A stretch of DNA of 64,000 nucleotides from an uncultured Gammaproteobacteria bacterium (GCA_964536515.1 CAZHXI010000001.1:31480-95479); one strand, 5' to 3'. Positions 16,604-25,421 are shown, numbered from the stretch's first letter. Program-made: numbers and translations. Notes: generated by a model not told the origin, from the sequence alone.

Positions 16604-17803
16604 ATGAACCGATACGTATTCCTCCTGGGCCGGGAGGCTGCCCTGGGCGCAGCCGAGGTAATTGCTACCGGCCGCTTCTCATCTATCGATGCTGCTGCCA
16701 GCGGCGGCGAGGTTCTAGTTGCCTCTACAGATACTGCCCTGGAGAACCCCCAGGCCTTCTTGGACCGTATCGGCGGGACGGTGAAGCTAGCAGGGGTTGT
16801 TTCGGAGGTCGAGGGACAGCCGTCTCTGGAAGACCTGCTAGCCCTGCTACCCGGCGAGGGCAAGGTTCACTTCGGCATCAGCTGGTACGGCGGGCAGGTG
16901 CCGGACCTAGAGAAACTGGGGCGCCAGATGAAGGCGGCGCTGCAGGCGCAAGATCGCTCCGCCCGTTTCGTCAGCAGCCGCAGTAACCCGCTGTCCTCCG
17001 TCATCGTGCGGACGCAGAAGCTGCTGGGCGCGAGGGGATGTGAAATCATAGTGGCAATCCTTAACGGTGGTGACGTAGGGTCGAGGCGCGCCTCGACCCT
17101 ACTGGGCCGGACCATCGCTGCACAAAATTTTATTGAGTACGGCCGGCGTGATGCCGGACGCCCCAGCCGCAACATCAACCGCGGCATGCTGCCGCCCAAG
17201 GTGGCGCAGGTGCTGCTGAATTTGGCGCAGGTTAAGCCGGGCGACACGGTGCTGGATCCGTTCTGCGGCACGGGCACGGTGCTGCAGGAGGCGCTGGTAA
17301 TGGGTGCCGGCAAGGCTATCGGCCGTGACGTAGATGACGACGCGGTGGAGGAGGCCACCGAGAACCTTTCGTGGCTGCCACGCCGCGCCCAGGTAGCGGG
17401 TACGTGGGAGGTCTACCGCCACGACGCACGCCAGGCCGACCGTAAGCTGCAGGATGGATCCATCGATGCGGTGGTAACCGAGCCGCTGCTGGGGCCGCTG
17501 CGGCCGCCGCGCCAGCACGAGGCGGTGGTCAAGCTGGTGGGGGAGCTGCAGCAGCTGTACCGGGCGTCGTTCGTGGCTGCGGCGGCCGCCCTAAAGCCCG
17601 GCGGCCGGCTGGTGGCCGTGCTGCCCGTGATCGGCGAGGTTTCCTCTGCCGACCTGGGTGGGCTGCCCGGCCTGAGCTCCGTCAGCCTGCTGCCCCAGGA
17701 CCTAGCCGCAAGGTTCGGCATCGACGTTGGCCAGCGATTGGTGTACCGCCGCCCCGGCCAGGCCGTAGGCCGCGCGGTGGTGGTTTTTGAAAAAAACCTG
17801 TAG
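16604..17803 (+). CDS. SAM-dependent RNA methyltransferase (Trm11/RlmL-like N2-G/N6-A family)
   Basis: DPFCGTGTVLQEALVMGAG SAM-binding motif I and a downstream VVTEPLLGPL (D/N-PPY-like) region. Start at ATG 16604; the track ORF from 16373 runs through the palindromic repeat. Confidence 0.55.
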   Translation: MNRYVFLLGREAALGAAEVIATGRFSSIDAAASGGEVLVASTDTALENPQAFLDRIGGTVKLAGVVSEVEGQPSLEDLLALLPGEGKVHFGISWYGGQVPDLEKLGRQMKAALQAQDRSARFVSSRSNPLSSVIVRTQKLLGARGCEIIVAILNGGDVGSRRASTLLGRTIAAQNFIEYGRRDAGRPSRNINRGMLPPKVAQVLLNLAQVKPGDTVLDPFCGTGTVLQEALVMGAGKAIGRDVDDDAVEEATENLSWLPRRAQVAGTWEVYRHDARQADRKLQDGSIDAVVTEPLLGPLRPPRQHEAVVKLVGELQQLYRASFVAAAAALKPGGRLVAVLPVIGEVSSADLGGLPGLSSVSLLPQDLAARFGIDVGQRLVYRRPGQAVGRAVVVFEKNL

Positions 17804-17830
17804 AGACGAGGCGCGCCTCGTCTCTACAGG
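17797..17830. repeat. Palindromic repeat family copy 3 (CCTGTAGAGACGAGGCG|CGCCTCGTCTCTACAGG), overlaps the methyltransferase stop codon
   Basis: 34-nt perfect palindrome; the TAG stop at 17801-17803 lies inside the left arm. Confidence 0.7.
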
Positions 17831-17879
17831 TCCGCCGTTGGCGTACCCGCCGCGCGGCCGCTTGCCCCGTTCATAGAAC

Positions 17880-17909
17880 GGACGATTCGTGGTATAATTT
17901 TTTCGTTCT
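17880..17909 (+). promoter_or_regulatory. Extended -10 promoter (GACGATTCGTGGTATAATTTTTT), near-leaderless start of the second secretion-locus operon
   Basis: TGgTATAAT at 17890-17899; ATG at 17910 is 10 nt downstream. 19/22 identity with the motif at 2171-2192. Confidence 0.6.
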
Positions 17910-19004
17910 ATGCCTACCGAGAATGCCGCGAAAGAGCAGCCGGCGAGCGTGGCGCCCGCGTCATCGCTGGGCGTGGTCGTGAGGGGCAGCGACGGCAGCT
18001 TCCGCGTGTGGCAGGACGGCGAGTGGCGGCTGCTGGCCGCGGCTCCCGTGGTAGCGGCGCCGTCTAAGCCGACGTTCGGCGGCCCCAATGCCGCTAGCTA
18101 CTTCAGCGCAGCCGACGAGCAGGAGGCCCGCCGCCTAGCCCAGCGCCTAGATACCGCTCCCGAGCACAAGCGCTACTCCCTCGCGAAGATTATTGGGCAG
18201 GTGCAGGAGAGGGCTAAGGTGAGCATTGCCGGGCCTGCGGCGGACGCCTTCCGCCGTGCCGTGCTCACCTTCCTGCGGGGTACCCGGGGGCCGGTAGACT
18301 TCGGCGCCGTGCTGGTGCGTCCGGCTGACCAGGGCGGCGTGGGGCTGACGTCCGCTGAGTCGCAGGCGCTGGTGGCAATACTCTCCGTCATAGGCGACAA
18401 GGTCCGCGCCGAGGGCGGCGAGGTGGTGGATGACCCGGCGTTGAATCCGCCGGCCGCGGCGCCCGTGCCGCCGAAGCCGTCGGTCAAACCCGACGTAGAG
18501 ACGAGGCGCGCCTCGTCTCTACCGCCCGCGTCACCAACCCCCGTCGCACCCGTGCCGCCGCGGCCGATTGCGCCCCCTCTGCCCCGTCCCGCGGTTCCCC
18601 TGACGCCGCTCGCCAAGCCCCAGGCGGTGAACGACGTTCGTCCGGCTGCTCCAGCCGCGCGGGTAGCTCCACCCCGCCGCCTGGTTGGGCCGGTGGACGA
18701 GCTCCGCCAGATGGACATTGCCACCTTCCGTACGCTCGGCGCTACGCCGGCAGACCAGGCGAACGCCGTCGTGGCCAAGGTGCAGGCGCTCGGCCGGGAG
18801 TCGCTCACCCGGCACGCCGAGGGCCTGGCAGCCTGGCGTGAGTGCCCCGTGTACACCGCGTACCGCGCCATCGGCCTGCAGAGCATCCAGGGGGGCAAGC
18901 CCGTGGCCCAGGTCGTCGCCGAGCTGTTCCGTGACGGCAAGGCTACGCTGACCGAGGCTGAGTTCAACGCCGTGGCCGACGCCAACCGCCGGCTTCGCCT
19001 CTAG
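17910..19004 (+). CDS. Hypothetical protein with a central Pro-rich linker (secretion-locus associated)
   Basis: 364 aa; PAPVPPKPSVKP…PVAPVPPRPIAPPLPRPAVPLTPLAKP linker. Contains an in-frame copy of the palindromic repeat (encodes DVETRRASSLPP). Confidence 0.5.
   Translation: MPTENAAKEQPASVAPASSLGVVVRGSDGSFRVWQDGEWRLLAAAPVVAAPSKPTFGGPNAASYFSAADEQEARRLAQRLDTAPEHKRYSLAKIIGQVQERAKVSIAGPAADAFRRAVLTFLRGTRGPVDFGAVLVRPADQGGVGLTSAESQALVAILSVIGDKVRAEGGEVVDDPALNPPAAAPVPPKPSVKPDVETRRASSLPPASPTPVAPVPPRPIAPPLPRPAVPLTPLAKPQAVNDVRPAAPAARVAPPRRLVGPVDELRQMDIATFRTLGATPADQANAVVAKVQALGRESLTRHAEGLAAWRECPVYTAYRAIGLQSIQGGKPVAQVVAELFRDGKATLTEAEFNAVADANRRLRL
18495..18522. repeat. Palindromic repeat family copy 4, located inside a CDS
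   Basis: GTAGAGACGAGGCGCGCCTCGTCTCTAC, a 28-nt perfect palindrome within the Pro-rich linker of the 17910..19004 ORF. Confidence 0.7.
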
Positions 19005-19009
19005 CGCAT

Positions 19010-19483
19010 ATGGCCCAGCTGCAGCACTTCGTCGTCCCCCAGTTCATAGATATCGAGAGCAAGATTCTGGGGCCCATTACCACCCGGCAGTTCCTGTGGG
19101 TGCTGGGCGCCGGGCTCATTTTCTTCATCGCCCTGCGCACGCTGCCGGTGCCGGCCTTCATTGCCGTAGCGGTGCTGGATGTAGCCGTGTTCGGCAGCTT
19201 CGCCTTCGTGAAGGTGAACGGCCAGCTCTTCCATAACTTCCTGGTCAGCGCCATTGCCTTCGGGCGGCGGCCGAGGCTGTACCTATGGACCGCCGGGGTA
19301 GAGGATGACGGAGTTTCCGTTGCCGCCGTCAGCCCGGCGGAGGCGGTGGGCCAGCGTCCGCTGATTCCCGCCGGCAGGCTGAACGAGCTGGCGCTGCTGG
19401 TAGACACCGGCGGCACCTACCAGGCCGTGACCGCATTCAAGGAAATACCGCCTATCCCCGAAGACCATGTCCCCCAAGCCTAA
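19010..19483 (+). CDS. Small two-TM membrane protein, PrgI/VirB3-like position upstream of VirB4
   Basis: 157 aa; hydrophobic hairpin FLWVLGAGLIFFIALRTLPVPAFIAVAVLDVAVFGSFAFV. Gene-order analogy to Gram-positive T4SS (PrgI then PrgJ). Confidence 0.45.
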   Translation: MAQLQHFVVPQFIDIESKILGPITTRQFLWVLGAGLIFFIALRTLPVPAFIAVAVLDVAVFGSFAFVKVNGQLFHNFLVSAIAFGRRPRLYLWTAGVEDDGVSVAAVSPAEAVGQRPLIPAGRLNELALLVDTGGTYQAVTAFKEIPPIPEDHVPQA

Positions 19484-20141
19484 GCTAAAGAGGGCTCCTG
19501 CTGCCGCCGCGCTGCCGTTCTCGTACCTGCGCGAGGGCAGCGTCATCATGCGAGACGGCAGCCTGCGCGCGGTGCTGCTGGCGTCGTCCATAAACTTCTA
19601 CCTGAAGTCTGAGACCGAGCAGAACGCTATCGTCAGCGGCTACATCGGCTTCCTCAACACGCTCAGCTTCCCGCTGCAGATCGTCATTCAGTCGCGCCGG
19701 CTGAACATAGACGGCTACCTGGCGCAGCTCGAGACTCTGGAGCGGCAGCAGACCAACGAGCTGCTGCGGCTGCAGACGGCAGACTACCGGCAGTTCGTTA
19801 AGGAGCTTCTGGAGCTGGAGGATATTATGACCAAGCGCTTCTACGTGGTCGTGCCCTACGACCCGGCGGGGGATAAGACGCGCGGCTTCATCAGCCGGCT
19901 GACATCTGCCTTCTCGGCGCCGGCTGCGGTGGCGCTGCGCGAGGAGAAGTTCCGTCGGGCCTCGGAGGAGCTATCCAAGCGGGTGGCGCTGGTGCAGAGC
20001 GGCCTGGGCCAGATCGGCATAACCACGGCGGCGCTCGACACCCCCAGCTTGATAGAGCTGTACTACCGAACCTACAACCAGGAGGTAGCCGACGTGCAGC
20101 CGCTGTCGGCCGTCGGTAAGCTGCAGGTAGATGCTTCGTAG
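19467..20141 (+). CDS. Hypothetical protein, possibly the N-terminal domain of a split VirB4-like ATPase
   Basis: 224 aa; overlaps the upstream gene by 17 nt and the downstream VirB4-like gene by 11 nt out of frame. Combined 224+637 aa approximates full-length VirB4 size. Confidence 0.45.
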   Translation: MSPKPKLKRAPAAAALPFSYLREGSVIMRDGSLRAVLLASSINFYLKSETEQNAIVSGYIGFLNTLSFPLQIVIQSRRLNIDGYLAQLETLERQQTNELLRLQTADYRQFVKELLELEDIMTKRFYVVVPYDPAGDKTRGFISRLTSAFSAPAAVALREEKFRRASEELSKRVALVQSGLGQIGITTAALDTPSLIELYYRTYNQEVADVQPLSAVGKLQVDAS

Positions 20142-22044
20142 TATGGATGACGCCCCACGCTTCACCCCCGCAGACCTCAGCCGGTCCCCTCGTCCTTCTG
20201 ACTCGGGGCAGGCTCCCTCGGTTCCGGCTCCCGAGCGTCGCCAGCAGCAGGCTGCCCAGCTGGAGGCCGAGCAGGTCTACCGCCGCGGCGTGGTCTCGGT
20301 GCGCGAGCTGCTGGCGCCGCCCAGCTTCAAGGTTGACTCCAGCTTCGTGCAGCTCGGCGGGGTCTTCGCCCGGACCCTGTTCGTCAGCGCCTACCCCCGC
20401 TACCTGACGGTGGGCTGGTTCGCCAGCGTCATCAACTACAGCGCCACGTTGGATATCGCCATCTACTTCTACCCGCTCGCCGCCGACGTGGTTCTCAAGA
20501 AGATGCGCAAGAAGGTGGGCGAGCTGGAGGCGCAGCTGTCCGAAGACAGCGAGCACGGCGCCCCGCGCGACCCCGCCCGTGAGGCAGCGGTCCGCGACCT
20601 CGAGCAGCTCCGCGACGACCTGACGCAGGGAACCGAGCGGTTCTTCCAGGTCGGGCTGTACGTTACGCTCTACGCGCCGTCGGCGGCCGAGCTCAACCGG
20701 CTAACCGAGCGTATAGAGGGCGTCATCGGCAGCCGCCTGGTCTACACCAAGCGAGCCTTCTTCCAGGCCGAGCAGGGCTTCAATAGCACGCTGCCGCTCG
20801 CCGACGACGAGCTGGGGCTGCCGCTGAACCTGAACACCTCGCCGGCAGCCGCCAGCTTCCCGTTCACCTCGGCTGACCTCACCGGCGACAGCGGCATCAT
20901 GTACGGCATCAACCGGCACAACAATAGCCTCATCATCTTCGACCGGTTCTCGCTGCAGAACGCCAACATGGTGGTGTTCGCCACGGCCGGCAGCGGCAAG
21001 AGCTACGCGGTGAAGCTAGAGATCCTGCGCAGCCTGATGCTGGGCACCGACGTCATCGTCATCGACCCCGAGATGGAGTACCGCCACCTGTGCGAGGCGG
21101 TGGGCGGCACGTACATCAACGTATCGCTTACGGCCGACACCAAGATCAACCCGTTCGACCTGCCGGCGGCGGCCCCGGGCGGCGAGACCAAGGCCTCCGA
21201 CGTCATCCTGACCGCCGTCATCGCCATCAAGGGCCTGCTGCGGCTGATGGTGGGCGGCCTGACCCCGCAGGAGGATTCGCTGCTCGACCGCGCCATCCTC
21301 GAGACGTACGCCAAGAACGACATTACCCCCAGCGCCGACCTGACCAAGGTTACCGCGCCGCTCATGTCCGACCTGGTGCAGGTGCTGGGCGGCCTCACCG
21401 GCGGCGAGAGCATTGTGCAGCGGCTGGTGAAGTACACCTCGGGCACCTTCTCGGGCCTGTTCAATGCCCCCACCAACGTGCGCCTCTCCAACCAGCTGGT
21501 CGTCTTCTCGGTCCGCGACCTGCAGGACGAGCTGCGGCCGCTCGCCATATACAACATTATCCTGTTCATTTGGAGCGTCGTGCGCAGCGAGCTGAAGAAG
21601 CGGCTGCTTGTAATCGACGAGGCCTGGTGGCTTATGCAGTATGAGGACTCAGCTCGGTTCATCTACGCCCTGGTGAAGCGCTGCCGCAAGTACTACCTGG
21701 GCATCACCACCATTACCCAGGACGTGCAGGACTTCCTCAAGTCGCCCTACGGCCCCGCCATCATCAATAACTCAGCCCTGGCGCTGCTGATGCGCCAGCA
21801 CCCCAACGCCATTAGCATGGTGCAGCAGTCCTTTTTGCTCACCGAGGGCGAGAAGTACCTGCTGCTCGAGGCGAACGTGGGCGAGGGTATATTCTTCGCC
21901 GGCAGCCGCCACGCCGCCGTTAAGGTCATGGCCTCCTACGGCGAGGACCAGCTGATTACCACCGATCCGCGCCAGCTGCTGGAGATTGAGCACGCCAAGC
22001 AGGCCTTCGCCCAGGCGCAGGATGCGGCGAAGCCTAACAGTTGA
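20131..22044 (+). CDS. VirB4/TrbE/PrgJ-like type IV secretion ATPase
   Basis: Walker A VVFATAGSGKSY, then IDPEMEY, Walker B LLVIDEAWWLM, then TQDVQDF, the typical VirB4/TraC family motif order. Low-complexity ~80 aa N-terminus. Confidence 0.8.
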   Translation: MLRSMDDAPRFTPADLSRSPRPSDSGQAPSVPAPERRQQQAAQLEAEQVYRRGVVSVRELLAPPSFKVDSSFVQLGGVFARTLFVSAYPRYLTVGWFASVINYSATLDIAIYFYPLAADVVLKKMRKKVGELEAQLSEDSEHGAPRDPAREAAVRDLEQLRDDLTQGTERFFQVGLYVTLYAPSAAELNRLTERIEGVIGSRLVYTKRAFFQAEQGFNSTLPLADDELGLPLNLNTSPAAASFPFTSADLTGDSGIMYGINRHNNSLIIFDRFSLQNANMVVFATAGSGKSYAVKLEILRSLMLGTDVIVIDPEMEYRHLCEAVGGTYINVSLTADTKINPFDLPAAAPGGETKASDVILTAVIAIKGLLRLMVGGLTPQEDSLLDRAILETYAKNDITPSADLTKVTAPLMSDLVQVLGGLTGGESIVQRLVKYTSGTFSGLFNAPTNVRLSNQLVVFSVRDLQDELRPLAIYNIILFIWSVVRSELKKRLLVIDEAWWLMQYEDSARFIYALVKRCRKYYLGITTITQDVQDFLKSPYGPAIINNSALALLMRQHPNAISMVQQSFLLTEGEKYLLLEANVGEGIFFAGSRHAAVKVMASYGEDQLITTDPRQLLEIEHAKQAFAQAQDAAKPNS

Positions 22045-22056
22045 TAGACTGCAGCT

Positions 22057-22620
22057 ATGGACCGCCGCCGCATGGTGATCATCTCCGGAGCAGCCCTGCT
22101 CGCCATCGTCGCCGTGGTGCTGTGGCTGGTGCTCCGGGGTAGCCCGACCACGCCTCCGCCGGCTGGAGTAACGCCCACGACCACGCCAGAGGATACCTCC
22201 AATCTGCCGCCGCCGGTCAGCACGCCGACGACCCCCGAGCCCGACCGGACCGGGGCGGTGGTAGCGGCACGCGTCTGGGCCGAGCGGTTCGCCAGCTGGT
22301 CTAACGAGGATGGCTTCACCAACCTGCAGCAGCTGGGTAGCCAGTCGACCGCCCAGGTTCAGTCTTTCCTGGCCACCTACCGCCAGCAGCTGCAGCAGCG
22401 GTACCCGGTGGCCGATGGCTACCGCGGCGTAACCGGCCGGGCGCTCTCGCCCAAGCTAGACGCCTTCGATGCAGGCGCCGGCACGGCCCAGGTGAGCGTG
22501 GCCATGCAGCTGGCCGAGAGCACGTCTACATCGCCCACGGTGTACAACCGTACGCTGGACTTACGCCTGCTGCGCAGCGGCGAGGCGTGGCTGGTGGACT
22601 ACGTGAAGTGGGAGGAGTAA
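22057..22620 (+). CDS. Membrane-anchored protein (N-terminal TM, Pro/Thr linker, ~120 aa globular domain); VirB8-like role is speculative
   Basis: MVIISGAALLAIVAVVLWLVL TM, then PTTPPPAGVTPTTTPEDTS linker. Confidence 0.4.
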   Translation: MDRRRMVIISGAALLAIVAVVLWLVLRGSPTTPPPAGVTPTTTPEDTSNLPPPVSTPTTPEPDRTGAVVAARVWAERFASWSNEDGFTNLQQLGSQSTAQVQSFLATYRQQLQQRYPVADGYRGVTGRALSPKLDAFDAGAGTAQVSVAMQLAESTSTSPTVYNRTLDLRLLRSGEAWLVDYVKWEE

Positions 22621-23084
22621 TGCCGACCGAGGAAGAGAAGTTAGTAGCGGATGCCGAACGGCAGCAACGTCGGCAGTCGCAGGCTGCGGCCGAGAGCGAG
22701 AAGCCCAGCGGGGCGGGCGAGGCGATCGGGGGCATAGTCGCCAAGGTTTCGCCCACGGCAGCGGCGCTCCAGTTCGCCTGGAGGTTCTACCTGCCCTCGT
22801 TCACCCTCACGTCCATCTACATTGTGCTGCACATCTTGCTGCGGTACGTATTCCAGTTCAAACTCTTCTGTCGAGCAGATGAGGGCTCTCCCCTGGGGGG
22901 AGTCGGCAAGTCGGCGGCCTCAGCGTTCGGCGCGGGTGGCGGGACGAGCGAGAAGGCTTGGATTGCCCTCGGCCTTGCCTCGGGTCTGCCGCTGGCGTTC
23001 GCCTGCGTTCTCCTGTACGCCATTGCCTACGCCATGGAGCACCCGCTATCTACGCTGTACGCGTTGCTGACCGGCAACCTATAG
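22620..23084 (+). CDS. Small polytopic membrane protein
   Basis: Start ATG overlaps the upstream stop (TAATG); 2-3 hydrophobic helices (FTLTSIYIVLHILLRYVF; IALGLASGLPLAFACVLLYAIAYA). Confidence 0.4.
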   Translation: MPTEEEKLVADAERQQRRQSQAAAESEKPSGAGEAIGGIVAKVSPTAAALQFAWRFYLPSFTLTSIYIVLHILLRYVFQFKLFCRADEGSPLGGVGKSAASAFGAGGGTSEKAWIALGLASGLPLAFACVLLYAIAYAMEHPLSTLYALLTGNL

Positions 23085-23120
23085 CGAGACGGCGCTCGGG
23101 CTTTACGCTACACTAATTCC

Positions 23121-24299
23121 ATGTCAAACCTGCGGCGGATTCTGCTCTCACTGGCGTTGCTGGCCGCAGCTGGAGCCATGGGCTTCGGCCTCTACTGGCT
23201 CTTCTTCCGCGTGCCTACGCCCTCGCCGGTAACGCCGCCCCCCGGCGCCGGCGGAGGACAGTTCCCGCCGTCGGGGCAGGGCGGCGGAGGCACGGCCGCT
23301 ACCGGCACCGGCCGGTTCCCCATTACCCCGGCCGACGGCGTCGGGCCGTACGTTACAGCTAGCACCACGGATGGCGTAGCCGGCGCCGTAGCTGCCCCGG
23401 ACGGTAGCATCCGCTACTACGATTCCATCCGCAAGCAATTCGTTAACCTAGCTGCCGACGGCAGCATTCAGCCGCTCTCGCCCGACCGATTCTTCGGCGT
23501 CTCCGACGTTACCTGGGCGCCCGGCAATTCTCGCGCGGTCGTGGCCTACCCGGACGGCAGCAAGGTGCTGTACGATTTCGCCACCCAGCAGCAGTCCACC
23601 CTGCCGCGTGCCATGCAGGACGTCTCCTTTGACCCCTCCGGCACCAAGCTAGCTAGCCTGTACCTCGGCTCGACCAAGGAGGAGCAGTGGCTGGTAACCT
23701 CCAACGCCGACGGCAGCCAGATTCAGCTGGTGGAGCCGGTCGGCGGAAAGGTGAACAACTTCAAGCCCAGCTGGTCGCCGAGCGGCCAGATTGTGGGGCT
23801 GTTCGCCGAGGCGGTAGACGGCGAGCGTCAGGAGGTGGTGCCCATCGGCCGTAACGGCGAGAACTTCCGCTCATTCGTGGCGCCCGGCCGCGGATTCACC
23901 GCCGAGTGGTCGCCCTCGGGCGAGCGTATCCTCTACAGCGTGTTCAACTCGGCTAGCCAGGGCCGGCCCGAGCTGTACCTAGCCGACGGCCGCGCCGATA
24001 CCTTCGGCGCGAACAGCACCAGCCTGGGGCTATCTACCTCTGCCGACTGGTGCTCATTCTCGGGAGGCAGCGTGTACTGCGCGGCGCTCGACACACCGCC
24101 GGCCCTGCTGGGTTCGTACCCCGAGCTGGCGCAGGGGCAGGCGTCGTCGCTGTGGCGAATAGACCTAGCCAGCGGCCAGCGCACCCGGGTCGCCCAGCTG
24201 CCGCAGGGCTTTACCCCCAGCCGGGTAACCGCCGACGCCGGCGGCGTGTACGTAGCCGACCAGTCTACCGGACGTCTCTATGCTGCGCCGACGCGGTAG
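23121..24299 (+). CDS. TolB-like (PD40/WD40-like) beta-propeller protein with N-terminal membrane anchor
   Basis: N-terminal TM, then repeated YPDGSKVLYDF / SWSPSGQIVGLF / EWSPSGERILYSV PD40-type repeats. Confidence 0.5.
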   Translation: MSNLRRILLSLALLAAAGAMGFGLYWLFFRVPTPSPVTPPPGAGGGQFPPSGQGGGGTAATGTGRFPITPADGVGPYVTASTTDGVAGAVAAPDGSIRYYDSIRKQFVNLAADGSIQPLSPDRFFGVSDVTWAPGNSRAVVAYPDGSKVLYDFATQQQSTLPRAMQDVSFDPSGTKLASLYLGSTKEEQWLVTSNADGSQIQLVEPVGGKVNNFKPSWSPSGQIVGLFAEAVDGERQEVVPIGRNGENFRSFVAPGRGFTAEWSPSGERILYSVFNSASQGRPELYLADGRADTFGANSTSLGLSTSADWCSFSGGSVYCAALDTPPALLGSYPELAQGQASSLWRIDLASGQRTRVAQLPQGFTPSRVTADAGGVYVADQSTGRLYAAPTR

Positions 24300-25365
24300 C
24301 CTGCTCTTGCTCGCCGCGCTCGCCACGCTGGCGGTAGCCGTGGGCACATCCGCCGTGGCAACGGCGCAGACTTCGGGCCCGAGCAACAGCAGCGGCCAGG
24401 TTGAATTCTGGCCCAGCATCTACTTCCCGGGGCTGGAGCAGATCGAGGGCGTTAGGCAGGATACTGCGACGGGGCGGTACTCCGTAACCGTTACGCCAAC
24501 TACCCTCGGCGAGTACATCGTTGCGCTGTACAAGTTCTTCACCGGGGCAACGGCCATCGTGGCCATGTTCATGGTTACCTACGGAGGGCTGCTGTGGCTC
24601 CTCGCCGGCGGCAACCAGGGCAGCATCAGCCACGCCAAGGAGGTCATTACCGGGGCTATCGCCGGCATGGTCATTGCGCTGCTGTCGTACGCGCTGCTGG
24701 CTACCATCAGCCGGGGGCTGGTGGAGTTCAAGAGCCTAGACACCAGGCTGGAGGCGAGGCTGGGGCAGGATAGTACCTCGTCCGGCCCAGACCTGGGCTG
24801 CGCGAATCCGCAGTTCCAGGACATCATCACCACGGACGCCATAGACGCTACCAGCGGCGGCGCCTCGTTTACCTGCGCCAACATCGGCGCAGTCGAGTCG
24901 CTGGTGGTTGCGGCGCAGAATACCTTCGATCAGACGAATAGACGGGTGCTGCTGACCAGCGCCTACAGGTCTCGTACCAGGCAGGAGCAGCTCTACGATG
25001 AGAACACGCGCAATAGCGCCTGCCGTCGAGACCACCCCGCAGACTGGAAGACCCAGTGCGGCTCGGGCGACGCCACCCCGCCCACCTGTAACCCGTGGCT
25101 ATCTCGGGGCTGCCCCCACACCACCGGCTACGCCCTAGACGTCCGCTGCTCTGGGCAGCCTGAGTACGGCGAGTGCCAGCTCGCCCTGGAGCAGAGCATG
25201 ATCGAGCAGGGTTTCTGTAGGCTGGCGAATGAGACCTGGCACTTCGAGAAGCCTCCGGTCTCATCCAACTGCGTCGGCGGCCCCGTTGACGGCACCGGCT
25301 ACCGCAGCGGCTGCCCCACTTGCTGCAATAGTTTGACCAACGAGCACTGCGAGGGAAGAGAGTGA
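24280..25365 (+). CDS. Fusion of a VirB2/TrbC-pilin-like N-terminal module with a C-terminal M15 (VanY-like) zinc D,D-peptidase (peptidoglycan hydrolase)
   Basis: Signal peptide, then VAMFMVTYGGLLWLLAGGNQGSISHAKEVITGAIAGMVIALLSYALL (TrbC/VirB2-like). C-terminal SAYRSRTRQEQLY…CPHTTGYALDV…ETWHFE (S-x-H-x(n)-D … W-H-[FY]-E M15 motifs). Confidence 0.55.
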   Translation: MLRRRGSLLLLAALATLAVAVGTSAVATAQTSGPSNSSGQVEFWPSIYFPGLEQIEGVRQDTATGRYSVTVTPTTLGEYIVALYKFFTGATAIVAMFMVTYGGLLWLLAGGNQGSISHAKEVITGAIAGMVIALLSYALLATISRGLVEFKSLDTRLEARLGQDSTSSGPDLGCANPQFQDIITTDAIDATSGGASFTCANIGAVESLVVAAQNTFDQTNRRVLLTSAYRSRTRQEQLYDENTRNSACRRDHPADWKTQCGSGDATPPTCNPWLSRGCPHTTGYALDVRCSGQPEYGECQLALEQSMIEQGFCRLANETWHFEKPPVSSNCVGGPVDGTGYRSGCPTCCNSLTNEHCEGRE

Positions 25366-25421
25366 AGCCGGTAGCGCTCTGGAATAAAGAAGAGCAGCGG
25401 CCGTTGGGCCGCTGCTGTTCG

